Shown piece by piece: positions 1-10,187 of a stretch of 38,649 nucleotides of DNA. A program made the translations under genes and the position numbers. Below the pieces are notes generated by a model, which worked only from the letters and a program-made list of their open reading frames with translations, was not told the origin of the DNA and searched no databases. Location of the stretch: NCBI GenBank assembly GCA_052055015.1, contig JBQJIT010000059.1. One strand, given 5' to 3'. Each line of letters opens with the position of its first letter. The stretch's first letter is position 1. The stretch is from Malassezia furfur (taxonomy: Eukaryota).

Positions 1-900
1 CCTGGACCTCGGTGTTCTCCTTCTCGACACGCGCCATGAGCTGCGCAAGCTCCTCATCCTCGACGGCGGACACCGTCTTGGGCTTCATCTTGATCGTGAC
101 CTTGCCGTCGCTCTTCTCGATCGACTCAGTGATCTTCTCGAGCGCCTGCTCAAGCAGCGCAATGCCGCCCTGCTTGTCGGTCGAGTGCGTGACAAGCACG
201 TAGAGGGGCGGGGCAACCAGCTTGATCTTGATCGGGATCGCCTCGGTCGACAGCTCCTCGCCCGCCCGGAGCGCCTGCTTCACGGCGTCGATGCCCTCGT
301 ACCCGAAGCACGACACCTCGACGTCAGCACGGATCTTGACCGGGTGCGGCGTGAGGCGGCGCGCAATGTTCGCCTCGAGCTCGCGGCGCACGTCCTCGCT
401 GATCTCGAGGTTGTCAAACACCTTGGCCGGCTCGCTGGTGTAAGTGTTTTCACGTGGCATACGTACGTGACCGACAGCTTGAACGCGTCGTACGAGTGAC
501 CAAACGTGCGGTCCAGCGGCCAGACGACCGTCTGGTACAGCTCCTCGACCGGCATGCCGAGCTTGCCCGCGACGTGTGACACAATGCTGTTCACGGCACG
601 CGACTTTTGGTAGCGCTCCTCGCACTTGATCACGTCCTCAGGCGACACACGGCGCTTGGACAGGTCAATGTAGCCCTTCTCCTTGTCGACACGCAGCACA
701 ACGACGACCTCGTTGCGGCCGACACGGATCAGCTTCTGGATACTGCGGATGCGTCGTCGCGACAGCTCCGACAGGAGAATCATGCCCTCGGCGTTGTCGT
801 ACTCGAGCAGCTTGACGTATGCACCCATCTCGGCAATCTGCCGCACCTGACACATGACGATCTCGTCCGTGTCAGGCAGCGGTTTCTCATAGAAGCGCAT
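1..900 (-). CDS. SUI2: Translation initiation factor eIF2 alpha subunit (3' end runs off the window); intron 435-466 (32 nt)
   Basis: ATG at 900: MRFYEKPLP...GAYVKLLEY...[10 protein letters not shown] (S1 domain, Ser51 phosphosite context). Removing GTACGT...CTTACACCAG (435-466) restores KLSVT|EPAKVFD...[20 protein letters not shown]. Confidence 0.96.
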
Positions 901-965
901 CGTGGCCAAGTCTATCGAAGAACGGAGCTCCACCCGGAAAAGCGTTCTGTCTGCGCTCGGCCGAG

Positions 966-3900
966 CTACGGGCGCGTGGAGGCGGCCTTGCGCTGCTGCA
1001 GGAACGCCTCGATCTCGGCGCGCAGCGCGTCGTCGGGCTGCACGTCCTCGAGTTTGAGCGGCATGCGGTTGAACGGGTCCTTGGAGTCGCTCAGCAGGTG
1101 TGCCTTGATCGTCGAGCGGTCCACCACCGCGCGGCTCGACGGGAGGCGCACCGGGTCGCGCATGAGCGTCGCGAGCAGCGGGTCTGTGGGGTTAGTGCGT
1201 GCCGTGCAGGGCGGGACGTACCGAGGTATTCGTCGGGCACGTCGCCGAGGTCCTCTTCCTCGTCGGCGTCTTCCTGCTTGATCTGCTCGACGAGGTCCAC
1301 GAGGCGCGCGAGCTTGTCAATGTCCGGTGGGGACTTGAGCATGTGCCGCTGCGCGATGCTCGCGGCCTTGCTGAACGTCTCGCGGCGGTAGCTGCGACCG
1401 TCGCGTGCAATCGCCGTCGCAAACTCGCGGTGGGACGAGAGGTTGAGGAACACGGAGAGGATCTCGCTGAGGAGGCTGCGTGGGTCGAAGCCGACCTTTT
1501 TCGGGTCCTTCACCTTGAGCTCCTGGCAGCGTGCGCCGACGAGCACGTCGAGGTTGTAGTCGAGCATCGCCGCGAGGCGGTCGACGATTTCGGGCGTCAT
1601 GAACGCCGTGCTGGTCTCGGCGGAGAACTTGATGAGCAGCCGGAGGAACTCGTGGCCGAGGCTCAGGTCGCTGCGGATCTGCCCCTCGATCGAGCGCATA
1701 AAGGCCTCGTGCTCGCGGCGCTCGTCGGGCGTGCGCTCCTCCCACGCCGCGCGGTCATCCACCTGGAGCTGCTTGTTGTGCAGCTCGGCGAGCTTGTCGA
1801 GCGCGTCGTCGAGGAGGTAGGTGACGTCGTTCATCAGCCGGTTGATGAACACGGTGAACTCGGCCGGGTGCTGCGTCGCCTGCTCGTACAGCCGCTGCTT
1901 GTGGTCCGGGTTCGCCCAGATCTCCTTGAAGATTTGGACGAGGTGGTAGCGGATGTTGAACTTGTCGTAGAACTGCGTGTGCGACCCAGTGGACTCCGCG
2001 TCGATCCAGAACGCAATCAGCGCCGGGACGAGGTGCTGGAGCGCGATCGGGTGGCTGTTGATCGTCGCGCCGAGCACGCCCGAGCGGTACGGGCCAAAGG
2101 GCATCACGTTGTACGACATCATCTCGGCGAGCTTCGCCTTCAGGAAGGGGTTTCGGATCCACCACCCGGACGACAGGAACGTGGTGCAGAACACGACGAC
2201 ACTGTCGCGCGCGTTCTCGTCGAGCACGTCGGGCTTGTGCCGCGCGTAGAAGAGCACCGTGTCGCACACATCCTCAAACATGTGCTCCGGCAGCATGCGG
2301 AACGTCGCGTCCACCTCCTGCGGCAGCGGCAGCGCCACAGTCGGGTGCGGGTGCGTGTGCTGCGGGTCGGCGAGGCGCACGATCCAGTTCATCGTGAACG
2401 ACATGAACTGCACGACGCGCGTGACGAACGCGGGCGCAAGCAGCTGCGTCTGTGCGGCGATCACCTCGCTGTGCAGCTTGTCCGCCTGCGCCTTGGCGCG
2501 CTGGATCACCTGCTCGACGTGCGCGCCCTGCGGCATGCCCTGCCAGTTCCCGCGCTCGGCCTCGAGCTCGTCGGCGCGCTTCTGGAGCCGGTCGATCTCT
2601 TTTTCGCGCTCGTCGACGCGGCGGATCGCCTTGCCGAGCGCGAGGCTGCTCAGCCGCGCGCCCAGGAAGAAGATCTCGGTGATAAAGTGGAACGGCGGCG
2701 CCGCCTCGTCTGCCGCGTCGAGCCACGCACCGGCCTCGGCCTCGGACGCGTGGATGCGCGTGAGGCTGCGCGTGTCCCAGCGGCGCTGCTGCTGCAGGAA
2801 GCGCGCGTCCACGCGGTCCATCTTGGCGCAGGTCGCGTCCGCAAACGGCATCGCAAAGCGCAGCACCACATCGTACACGTTCACCATGAACGCGTCCGAC
2901 GCAATCTCGCTCGAGCGCGCCTGCATCGCGCCGCGCTTGGCGTTCAGCGCGCACACCTCGCCGAAGTACGCCAGCACGCGCTCGCGCGCATCCGCGCCGG
3001 CACGCACGAGCGCGTTGAAGATGCTAAAGTTGTTCGTCTGCACCACCTCGAGCGCCATCCGCAGCGAGCTCATGTGATTCTCGAGCTCGATGGGCGAGCG
3101 CGTCTTGGCCTCGGTGAAGTGCGTCTGGGCAATGCTGGGGTATGCGTCCGCAAAGCACGACAGCCGCAGCAGCGGGCCAAACAGCGACTCGCGCTCCAGC
3201 AGCGGCGCCGTGGTGTGCGGCGCAAACGTCGGGAAGTAGGGCACCGCCTGCGCGAGCGGCTTGAGCTCGAGCGCGGTCGCGACCGCCTGCTGCACGGGGC
3301 GCCACTCCAGGCCGGCGATCGTCATCCCCTCGCCCTCCTTGCGTGCACCCGAGGCGCCCGACGCCCCGCGCGGGTCCGGCAGCCCGAGCATCTGCGCCAG
3401 CACACGCTGGACGTCGTCGGCCGCCGGCTCGGCCTGGGCGCTCGGCGGCGGCGCGTCGTCGTCCGTCGAGCCCGTGCGCACGCGCTGCGTGAGCGCATGC
3501 AGCGCGACGCCCACCGTGTCGCCCAGGGCGTCGTCCTGCGCAAAGCGCGCGACAAAGTCGCGCACAAACTGCGGCGTGTCGGCGAGCGGCGGCGTCGCCC
3601 ACGCCGCGCTGCCCTCGTCCTGCATCACGTCCGTCGCGCCCAGCTGCAGCAGCGTCGGCACAAGCGCGCGCGGGGACAGCATGCGCCCCCCCTTCTCCAT
3701 GCTGGGGAACATGTCGGGCATCTGGAGCACGAGGCCCGCGTAGCTGATCAGCAGCGTACGCACGCCCTGGAGCGCCTGCAGCGCACGCTCGGCCTCCTCG
3801 GGGATTGTGCGGCGCACAGATGTCTCCTCGGCGCGGCACCGCGTCCAGGCGTGCACAAGGTAGTCGTAGCTTGTCTCGCCCCGCATCGGGAGCGACAGCC

Positions 3901-4072
3901 GCGCGATCAGAATCCGGTCGCCGAGCGCGAGCGACAGGCGCTCGGGCGCGCCCTCGTCGCGCAGCTCGGTCGCCAGGTCTCCGAGCACCACGGCGTCTCC
4001 ATCCGGCACGAGCGATGCCGCAAACACGCGCGCGGCCGCCGCGGCGTCCCACTCGGTCCACCGCTCGCTCAT
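966..4072 (-). CDS. UFD2: Ubiquitin conjugation factor E4 (U-box); intron 1184-1221 (38 nt)
   Basis: ATG at 4072 (MSERWTEW). Ufd2 core motifs [46 protein letters not shown]. Splicing joins [23 protein letters not shown]...DPFNRMPL (U-box). Confidence 0.95.
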
Positions 4073-4118
4073 CGATGCACACGTCAGCGTCCGCTTCGCC
4101 TCCACATTCGCACCCCGC

Positions 4119-5465
4119 ATGCCGGCGCCGTGGGTGGGTGTTGCGTGGCTTCTCGTGGGCGCCGCAGTGCTCGCGGCCGTGGTGGTGCGTGCGCTGCGCA
4201 CGCGCGACACGCGCACCGCTGCCGTCGTGGTGGTGGGCGACGTCGGACGCAGCCCACGCATGTGCTACCATGCTGCGAGCCTGCTCGCCCACGGCTGGCA
4301 CGTCCGCCTCGTGGGCCACTTTGACGCGCCGCTGCCGCCTGCGCTCGTGCACGCGCGCGTCGCATGCGTCCCGCTGTATGCGCCGCCTGCATGGGCCGCG
4401 CGCCTGCCGCGCGCCCTCTTCCCCCTCGTCGCGCTCGTCAAAGTCCCGCTCGGCGCCTGGTCGCTGTTTGCGGCGCTCGCGCTGCGTCCGACGCCCGCCG
4501 TAATTATCGCGCAGACGCCGCCTGCGATCCCGACGCTCGCGGTGCTGCGCCTCGTGCGTGCGCTGTGCGACACGCGCCTCGTCGTCGATTGGCACAACCT
4601 CGGGTATACCCTGCTCGCCCTCAAGCTCGGCGCGACGCATCCGCTCGTGCGCCTCGCCGAGTTTCTCGAGGCGCACACGGGGCGGAGCGCCGATGTGCAC
4701 CTGTTCGTCACCGCGGCGATGCGCGACGCACTCGTCGCGCGCTGGCACCTGCGCGGCGCCGCGCGTGTACTGTACGACCGCCCGGGCCCGTCGTTCCGCG
4801 CGCTGGACGGCGCCGAACGCGCCGCGTGCCGCGCGCACTTTGCCGACGTGCTGCACGACCCCGGGCTTACGCGCGACGACCATGCGCTCGTCGTGACGAG
4901 CACGAGCTGGACGCCGGACGAGGATATGGACATGCTACTGGACGCCGCATCGCTGTACAACCGCGCGGCACAGGCCGCCGACGCACGGCTACCGCGCGTC
5001 TCGCTCGTGATCACGGGCAAGGGGCCGCTGCGCACCACGTACGAGGCGCGCTTTGCGGCGCGTGCGCAGCGCGAGCACTGGACGCACGTGCGGACGACCC
5101 TGGCGTGGCTCGCCGCGGACGACTACCCCCGCCTGCTGGGGTGCGTCGATGTCGGTGTGTCGCTGCACCAGAGCTCGTCGGGCCTCGACTTGCCGATGAA
5201 GGTCGTCGACCTGCTCGGGTGCCGCGCGACGGTGTGTGCGCTCGACTATGCGTGCCTGCACGAGCTCGTGGCGCCCGGCACGAACGGCGCCGTGTTTGCC
5301 GACGCCGCAGGCCTCGCGCAGACGCTCGCCACGCTGCTGCGCGGCTTCCCCACGGCGGCGTGTGCGCAGCGCCCCGCCAAGGCGTTCCCGCGCGGCACGC
5401 CCGAGACGTGGTCCGAAAACTGGGACGCGGTGGTGCTGCCCGCGCTGCCTAGGGTGCAGATGTAG
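4119..5465 (+). CDS. ALG1: Chitobiosyldiphosphodolichol beta-mannosyltransferase
   Basis: N-terminal TM segment, GDVGRSPRMCYHA, DWHNLGY, STSWTPDED and LHQSSSGLDLPMKVVD motifs of the ALG1 family. Confidence 0.94.
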   Translation: MPAPWVGVAWLLVGAAVLAAVVVRALRTRDTRTAAVVVVGDVGRSPRMCYHAASLLAHGWHVRLVGHFDAPLPPALVHARVACVPLYAPPAWAARLPRALFPLVALVKVPLGAWSLFAALALRPTPAVIIAQTPPAIPTLAVLRLVRALCDTRLVVDWHNLGYTLLALKLGATHPLVRLAEFLEAHTGRSADVHLFVTAAMRDALVARWHLRGAARVLYDRPGPSFRALDGAERAACRAHFADVLHDPGLTRDDHALVVTSTSWTPDEDMDMLLDAASLYNRAAQAADARLPRVSLVITGKGPLRTTYEARFAARAQREHWTHVRTTLAWLAADDYPRLLGCVDVGVSLHQSSSGLDLPMKVVDLLGCRATVCALDYACLHELVAPGTNGAVFADAAGLAQTLATLLRGFPTAACAQRPAKAFPRGTPETWSENWDAVVLPALPRVQM

Positions 5466-7869
5466 CACGGGCGAGGTACAGCTTGGCGAGCTCCGTTGGC
5501 GTCATGGCGCTCTCGGGTGGGCGGTCGTCGCGGCGCCGGACAAAGCGCGGGAACCGCACCGACAGCCCGCGGCCGGGCACGGCGAGGTCGGTGGCCGCGG
5601 GGTACGTCGGCGACGCGGTGATCTCTGCGCCGCGGATCTCCCACACCTCGGTCGGCGGCCAGAGCACGGCAGGGCGCACGTCGCCAAGCGCGTACAGACC
5701 GTCGTGCACAAACGAGGGCGGGGGGTCCTGTGCCGAGCCGTAGCGCTCGTTGAGCTCCTGGTAGAATGCGTCCGAGAAGCCGCTCATGCACTTGCACACC
5801 GCCTCGTACACGCCCGTCTCGCGGTCGTACACCGCGAGCAAGATCGGGCTCCAGAACGCCGCCTTGCGCCCCATGCCATGCCATGCGCCGATCGGCACGA
5901 GGTCGAGCGCGTCGCCGAGGTCCGCCAAGTAGTCCTTCTTGACCTTGAGCCACGCCTCGGTGCGCTTGTCCGGCTCGTACGTCGCGAGCGGCCCATCGGG
6001 CACCGAATCGAGGCTCTTGACCATGACGCCCTCGCAGTGCTGTGCGCACGCCTCGTGGAAGAAGGCCGCGACATCCTCTGCGGATGTCGCCTCCGACGAC
6101 GCCGCGAACGCAAAGCCCGCGTGTGCCGCCGTGGCCCGCACCGACGCAGGAAAGCAGCGCCGCAGCGCCGCTCGCCGCTCGCGTAGCGTCGCACCGAGCA
6201 TCGACGTGCCGTCCAGGAAGAGCACGTCAAACGCGTACACACACACACGCACCTGCACCGCATCGAGCGCCACGTCCTTGCGTGCGCGCCCCGCAAGCGT
6301 CTGGAACGGCAGCACGCCCGTGTCGGACACGGCGACGACCTCCGCGTCGAGGATAAACGCCTGCGCATGCGTCTGCAGCTGAGGGATCATGGCAACCACG
6401 TCGGGGTACTTGTCCGTGATCGTCTCGAGGTGCCGGCTGAAGATGTGCACGCGCTCTCCGTCCACATGCAGCTGCACGCGCTGCCCATCGTACTTGAACT
6501 CGCTCACGAACGGCGCATCGCGCATCGTCGCATGCACGGCGTCGAGCGAGCGCGTGATGCTCCCGAGCATCGGCGTCACCGGCACGCCCACGGCCAGGTC
6601 GAGGCCGGTGAGGTCGCCGGCACGCAGCGCATCGACCATCCCCTGCCAGTTGGGGTGCCGCGCATACGCGCGCTTCGCAAGCGCCTCGGCGTCGGCGGCA
6701 GCCACGCCCGCAAACGCCGCGTCGTCCAGCACGTACGCCCGCACGAGCGCAGAAAGCACCGTCGTGCGCATCGCGTGGATCCGCAGGTTCGCACTCAGCG
6801 TGCGCACCACGAACCGCCGCTCCTCGCCGCGGCTGGCCAGCAGCAGGCCGCTCACGAGGCGCTGCTTCTCGCGCACGGACCGCGCACCGGCGGCGCGCGC
6901 GATCGCCCACAGCGTCGCGTACACCTTGCCGATGGTGAGCGGCTCATGCTGCACGAGCTGCGTCATGCCACGGCACGCCACGAACGCGACGTCGCCCGCG
7001 TCGCCATACTGCGTCCAGGCGCGCCGGAGAAACGCTACCGTACGGCCCGACACCTGCATCGTCGCTTTTTGCAGCAGCGCCCCGCCGACGCCGAGCTCGA
7101 TGCCGGCGTACGACGGGGCGATCTCGTTGCTCAGTAGGTACAGCGCGGGCACGAGCTGGTCCGGCTCGTAGGCCCGCACGAGGCGCAGTAGGTTGGTGAG
7201 GATGCGCAGGATGAGGATGCGCGAGCGCTCGCCGTTGAGCCGCGCAAAGCCATGCGCAAAGAGTGCATACGGTACATGAACTGCCTCGCCATCGCGCGGC
7301 CAGTGCGCGGTGTCGATGTCGGTCGAGAACGACTCGGGGTCCTCGGCGAGGTCGATGGCCGCGATGCTTGCGTCGAGCGCTTCGACGTCGACGCGCGCCT
7401 TGGCCGGAGGCGACGATCGTGGGGCCACGGGCGCCACGGTGGTATCTGGCATTGCATCTGCGAGCTTTTCCGCATCGGCCTCTGGCGCCGCATCGGCCTC
7501 CTGCGCCGCGTCGGCGTCCCGCGCCGCGTCGTCCGGCTGCAGGGGCTGTGACGTACTCGTCTCCTGTGCACCGCTGTCCTCTGCGTTCCATGCCTCCTGC
7601 AATGCCCTCGCATACGCTTCGTCGGCGTCCACCTGTTGATCTTCGCCCGCGAGGTGCCGCGCAAGCGCCTCGTCCGAGAGTCGGTCGCCGGCAAACGGGT
7701 CGTCGGCCTCTGGCGCAGCGGCCTGTTTCGTGCTGGGCGACGCGCCCAGGAACGACAAGAGCGTCGGCTGCCCTGTGAGTGCGCGCTTGCGCGATGGCGA
7801 GGCACTTGTGCCGCCCGCCTTGCGCTTGGGCGTCGACGGCCCCCCGCGACCCCCCGGCGACGTGGGCAT
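5449..7869 (-). CDS. ATP-dependent DNA ligase, ligase I-like paralog (fungal Adl1/'ligase 3' type)
   Basis: Adenylation motif EFKYDGQRVQLH, EGVMVK, WLKVKKDY, LDLVPIGAWHG.GRK..WSPILLA, SVRFPRF. No BRCT tail, so not Lig4. N-terminus has PIP-like QPTLLSFL and UIM-like DEAYARALQ. Likely ATG 7869; the ORF-track extension to 8097 is antisense to KU80. Confidence 0.9.
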   Translation of the reverse strand: MPTSPGGRGGPSTPKRKAGGTSASPSRKRALTGQPTLLSFLGASPSTKQAAAPEADDPFAGDRLSDEALARHLAGEDQQVDADEAYARALQEAWNAEDSGAQETSTSQPLQPDDAARDADAAQEADAAPEADAEKLADAMPDTTVAPVAPRSSPPAKARVDVEALDASIAAIDLAEDPESFSTDIDTAHWPRDGEAVHVPYALFAHGFARLNGERSRILILRILTNLLRLVRAYEPDQLVPALYLLSNEIAPSYAGIELGVGGALLQKATMQVSGRTVAFLRRAWTQYGDAGDVAFVACRGMTQLVQHEPLTIGKVYATLWAIARAAGARSVREKQRLVSGLLLASRGEERRFVVRTLSANLRIHAMRTTVLSALVRAYVLDDAAFAGVAAADAEALAKRAYARHPNWQGMVDALRAGDLTGLDLAVGVPVTPMLGSITRSLDAVHATMRDAPFVSEFKYDGQRVQLHVDGERVHIFSRHLETITDKYPDVVAMIPQLQTHAQAFILDAEVVAVSDTGVLPFQTLAGRARKDVALDAVQVRVCVYAFDVLFLDGTSMLGATLRERRAALRRCFPASVRATAAHAGFAFAASSEATSAEDVAAFFHEACAQHCEGVMVKSLDSVPDGPLATYEPDKRTEAWLKVKKDYLADLGDALDLVPIGAWHGMGRKAAFWSPILLAVYDRETGVYEAVCKCMSGFSDAFYQELNERYGSAQDPPPSFVHDGLYALGDVRPAVLWPPTEVWEIRGAEITASPTYPAATDLAVPGRGLSVRFPRFVRRRDDRPPESAMTPTELAKLYLARATSAP

Positions 7870-7904
7870 GGCCTGTGCGATGTGGAGGCGCGTCGCGGAC
7901 GACC

Positions 7905-10185
7905 ATGGCCGCGTCGCTCGGCCAGCGCACGCTGGTGACCTTTGTGCTGGACGTGTCGAGCGCCATGGGCTCCACGCATGGCGAGCGCTCGCGGCTGGAT
8001 CGGAGCACGGCGTTTGTGTCGCTGCGTGTGCTCGAGATGGTAGGTTGCGCACGCTGACACAGATGTTGCGCCGCCTCTCGACCATCAAGGTGAGCATCGT
8101 GACCTACGGCTCGGAGCGCACAAACAACATTGTGCGGCGCAACGGCATCACAGAGGGGTATGAAGGCGTGGACGAAGTATGGCCGCCGTCACGCCCGACG
8201 CTCGCGACGCTCGATGTGCTCAATGCCTTGCGCCCTGCCCGCCGCGAGACGCGGTGCGACCGTACGTGCCTTTGCTCACGCAGCGCTCGATGCCTTGATC
8301 GTCACGATCGTGGGGATGATGGAGAAGAACTACGGCGAGCCCTCGCCGGCGTGGACACGCATCGTGTACCTCGTAACCCGCGCAGACACGCTGCTCAACA
8401 CGGCCGACGTCGACACGATCAAGGCGCGGCTCGCGCAGGATGCGATCCAGCTGCGCGTCATGGGCTTCGACTTCCCCGCGGACCCGATGCACTCGGGCAA
8501 GACCGAGGTGCCGCACTCGGTTGCGTGGTTCAACGTGGGGTTCTGGCGCACCATGCTCCAGGACCTACCGCACGCGGCCTTTGCGAGCGCCGACGACGCC
8601 GAGGAGCAGGCGCTGCTGCCCAACACGCAGCTGGCCAAGTCGGCGCCGACCAGTGTACAGCTCACGTTTGGCGCACCGGACGGCGGTGCGCAGCGCACGC
8701 TGTCGATCCCCGTGCAAGTGCTCAAAGCCACGGCGGTGCAGCGGCCCATGTCGCAGCGCAAAGTGCGCAAGGGGCTGGAGACCCCCGTGGATGCGCGCCG
8801 CGTGTACTACAAGGTGGACGATGTGCTGCACCACGAGGACGACCTTGACCAGCTCCAGCCGCTCCCAGAGGAGAGCCACGCGTCGTTCCAGCGCGCATTC
8901 AAGCTAGGCGCCTCGCTCGTGCCGATGCAGCACGCCATGGAACAACCACTCGAGACGCAGCCGGGCCTCGAAATCCTTCACTTTGTGCACGCGTCGACCT
9001 ACCGCCGCGAATACCACCTCGGCGAGACGTCGTACGTCGTCGCAAACCCCAAGTCGCCGCGCGCCAACATTGCGCTCTCGAGCCTGGTCCAGGCGGCACT
9101 CGTCAAGGACGTCTACCTGCTGTGCCGCTGGGTGTCGCGCGCGCACGCCGACCCGAAACTATGCGTGCTTGCGCCGCTCGTGGAGCAGGATGTAGACTGC
9201 TTCTGCATGGTGCGCGTGCCGTTCCGCGAGGACGTCAAGCGCTTTGCGTTCCCGCCGCTGGACCGCGTGCCGACCAAGGACGGCACTGAGGTGCGGACGC
9301 ACCCCACGATTCCCACCGACGCGCAGCAGGCGGACATGGACCGCCTCGTGGATGCCATGGACCTCATGGACGCGGACCCCGACGGCGATCCCGAGGGGTG
9401 GTACGCGCCGAACCTCAGCTTCAATCCCGCGATCCACGGCGTGAAGAATGCGGTCAAGTGGCGCTTCCTTGCGCCGGAGCGCGCCGACTTGCCGGAACTG
9501 CACTCTGTCCTCGCGCAGTTCCTCAGCACGCCCGAGGAGGTAGAGCGGCGTGCGCGCAGCGTGCGCGACGCATGTGCGGCGGCCTTTGCGGTGCGCAAGC
9601 CCCAGGCGTCTGCCGCGGCCGGCGACGCCGGCGGCGCACAGACCACACCAAGCAAGAAGGCGCGCGCCGACTCGGATTCAGACGCAACGCCGGACGAGGA
9701 TGCGGACGACGACGCCGGTGAGGACAAGCCACGTAACGAGGTGCCCGTGCGTGGCGGTGGCGTGCTGCGCCTTGCGCACGTCGTGCAAGACTTTGAAGCG
9801 TCGGTGTACGGCACCGAGCATGTCACCGAGACGTGCGAGGCGATGCAGGCGGCACTGCTGGCGCTCGTGCGTGCGCCCTCGCCGGATTCTGCGCTGGTTG
9901 TGCGTGCACTGCATGCTTACCGCTCCGCGGCTGCCGAGGTATGTGGCTCGACTAACTCCAGCTCGAGGAAGCTGTCCCGTACAACGCGTGCGTATGTTGC
10001 CCTAACCCAGATTCCTGGCACGCTTCAAGAAACATCTCTTGGCCTTTCGCCCCTCGCTATGGACTGAAGTGCTGCGCGGGCGCCTTGATCTCGGCCTCAT
10101 TACGCACACCGAGGACGCAGCACACCGCTCCGAGATCGACGCCGCGCAGGCCGCCGCGTTCGTAGACGCCTCCACATCGCCGTAG
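7905..10185 (+). CDS. KU80: Ku80 (ATP-dependent DNA helicase II subunit 2); introns 8040-8062, 8262-8283, 9939-9961, 9988-10010
   Basis: vWA start TFVLDVSSAMG. Splicing gives CD|PLDALIV. Core motifs ALSSLVQA, VPFREDVKRFAFPPL, DRLVDAMDL, FNPAIH. Spliced C-terminus LEEAVPYNA|FLARFKK...LGLITHTE...AAAFV matches the Ku80 C-terminal helical domain. Confidence 0.9.
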
Positions 10186-10187
10186 GA

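Noticed and set aside
1199..4324. 1041-aa plus-strand ORF and many other long overlapping ORFs (e.g. 3024-4883, 12296-13876, 18814-20295, 31888-34161, 36794-38635)
   Set aside because: They are antisense or off-frame shadows of recognisable genes. High GC and strong codon bias suppress stops, and the translations are Arg/Ala-rich with no motifs.
7870..8097. ORF-track N-terminal extensions of the ligase, UFD2 (to 4261), PRP5 (from 31342), TRF4 (to 32041) and the Mtf2-like gene (to 35908)
   Set aside because: Each extension overlaps the neighbouring divergent gene and lacks family similarity; internal ATGs fit better.
5449..10185. Bacterial-type Ku-LigD operon or horizontal transfer
   Set aside because: Ku has the eukaryotic vWA and C-terminal domains plus four spliceosomal introns. 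The ligase is ligase I-like with no LigD polymerase or phosphoesterase modules.
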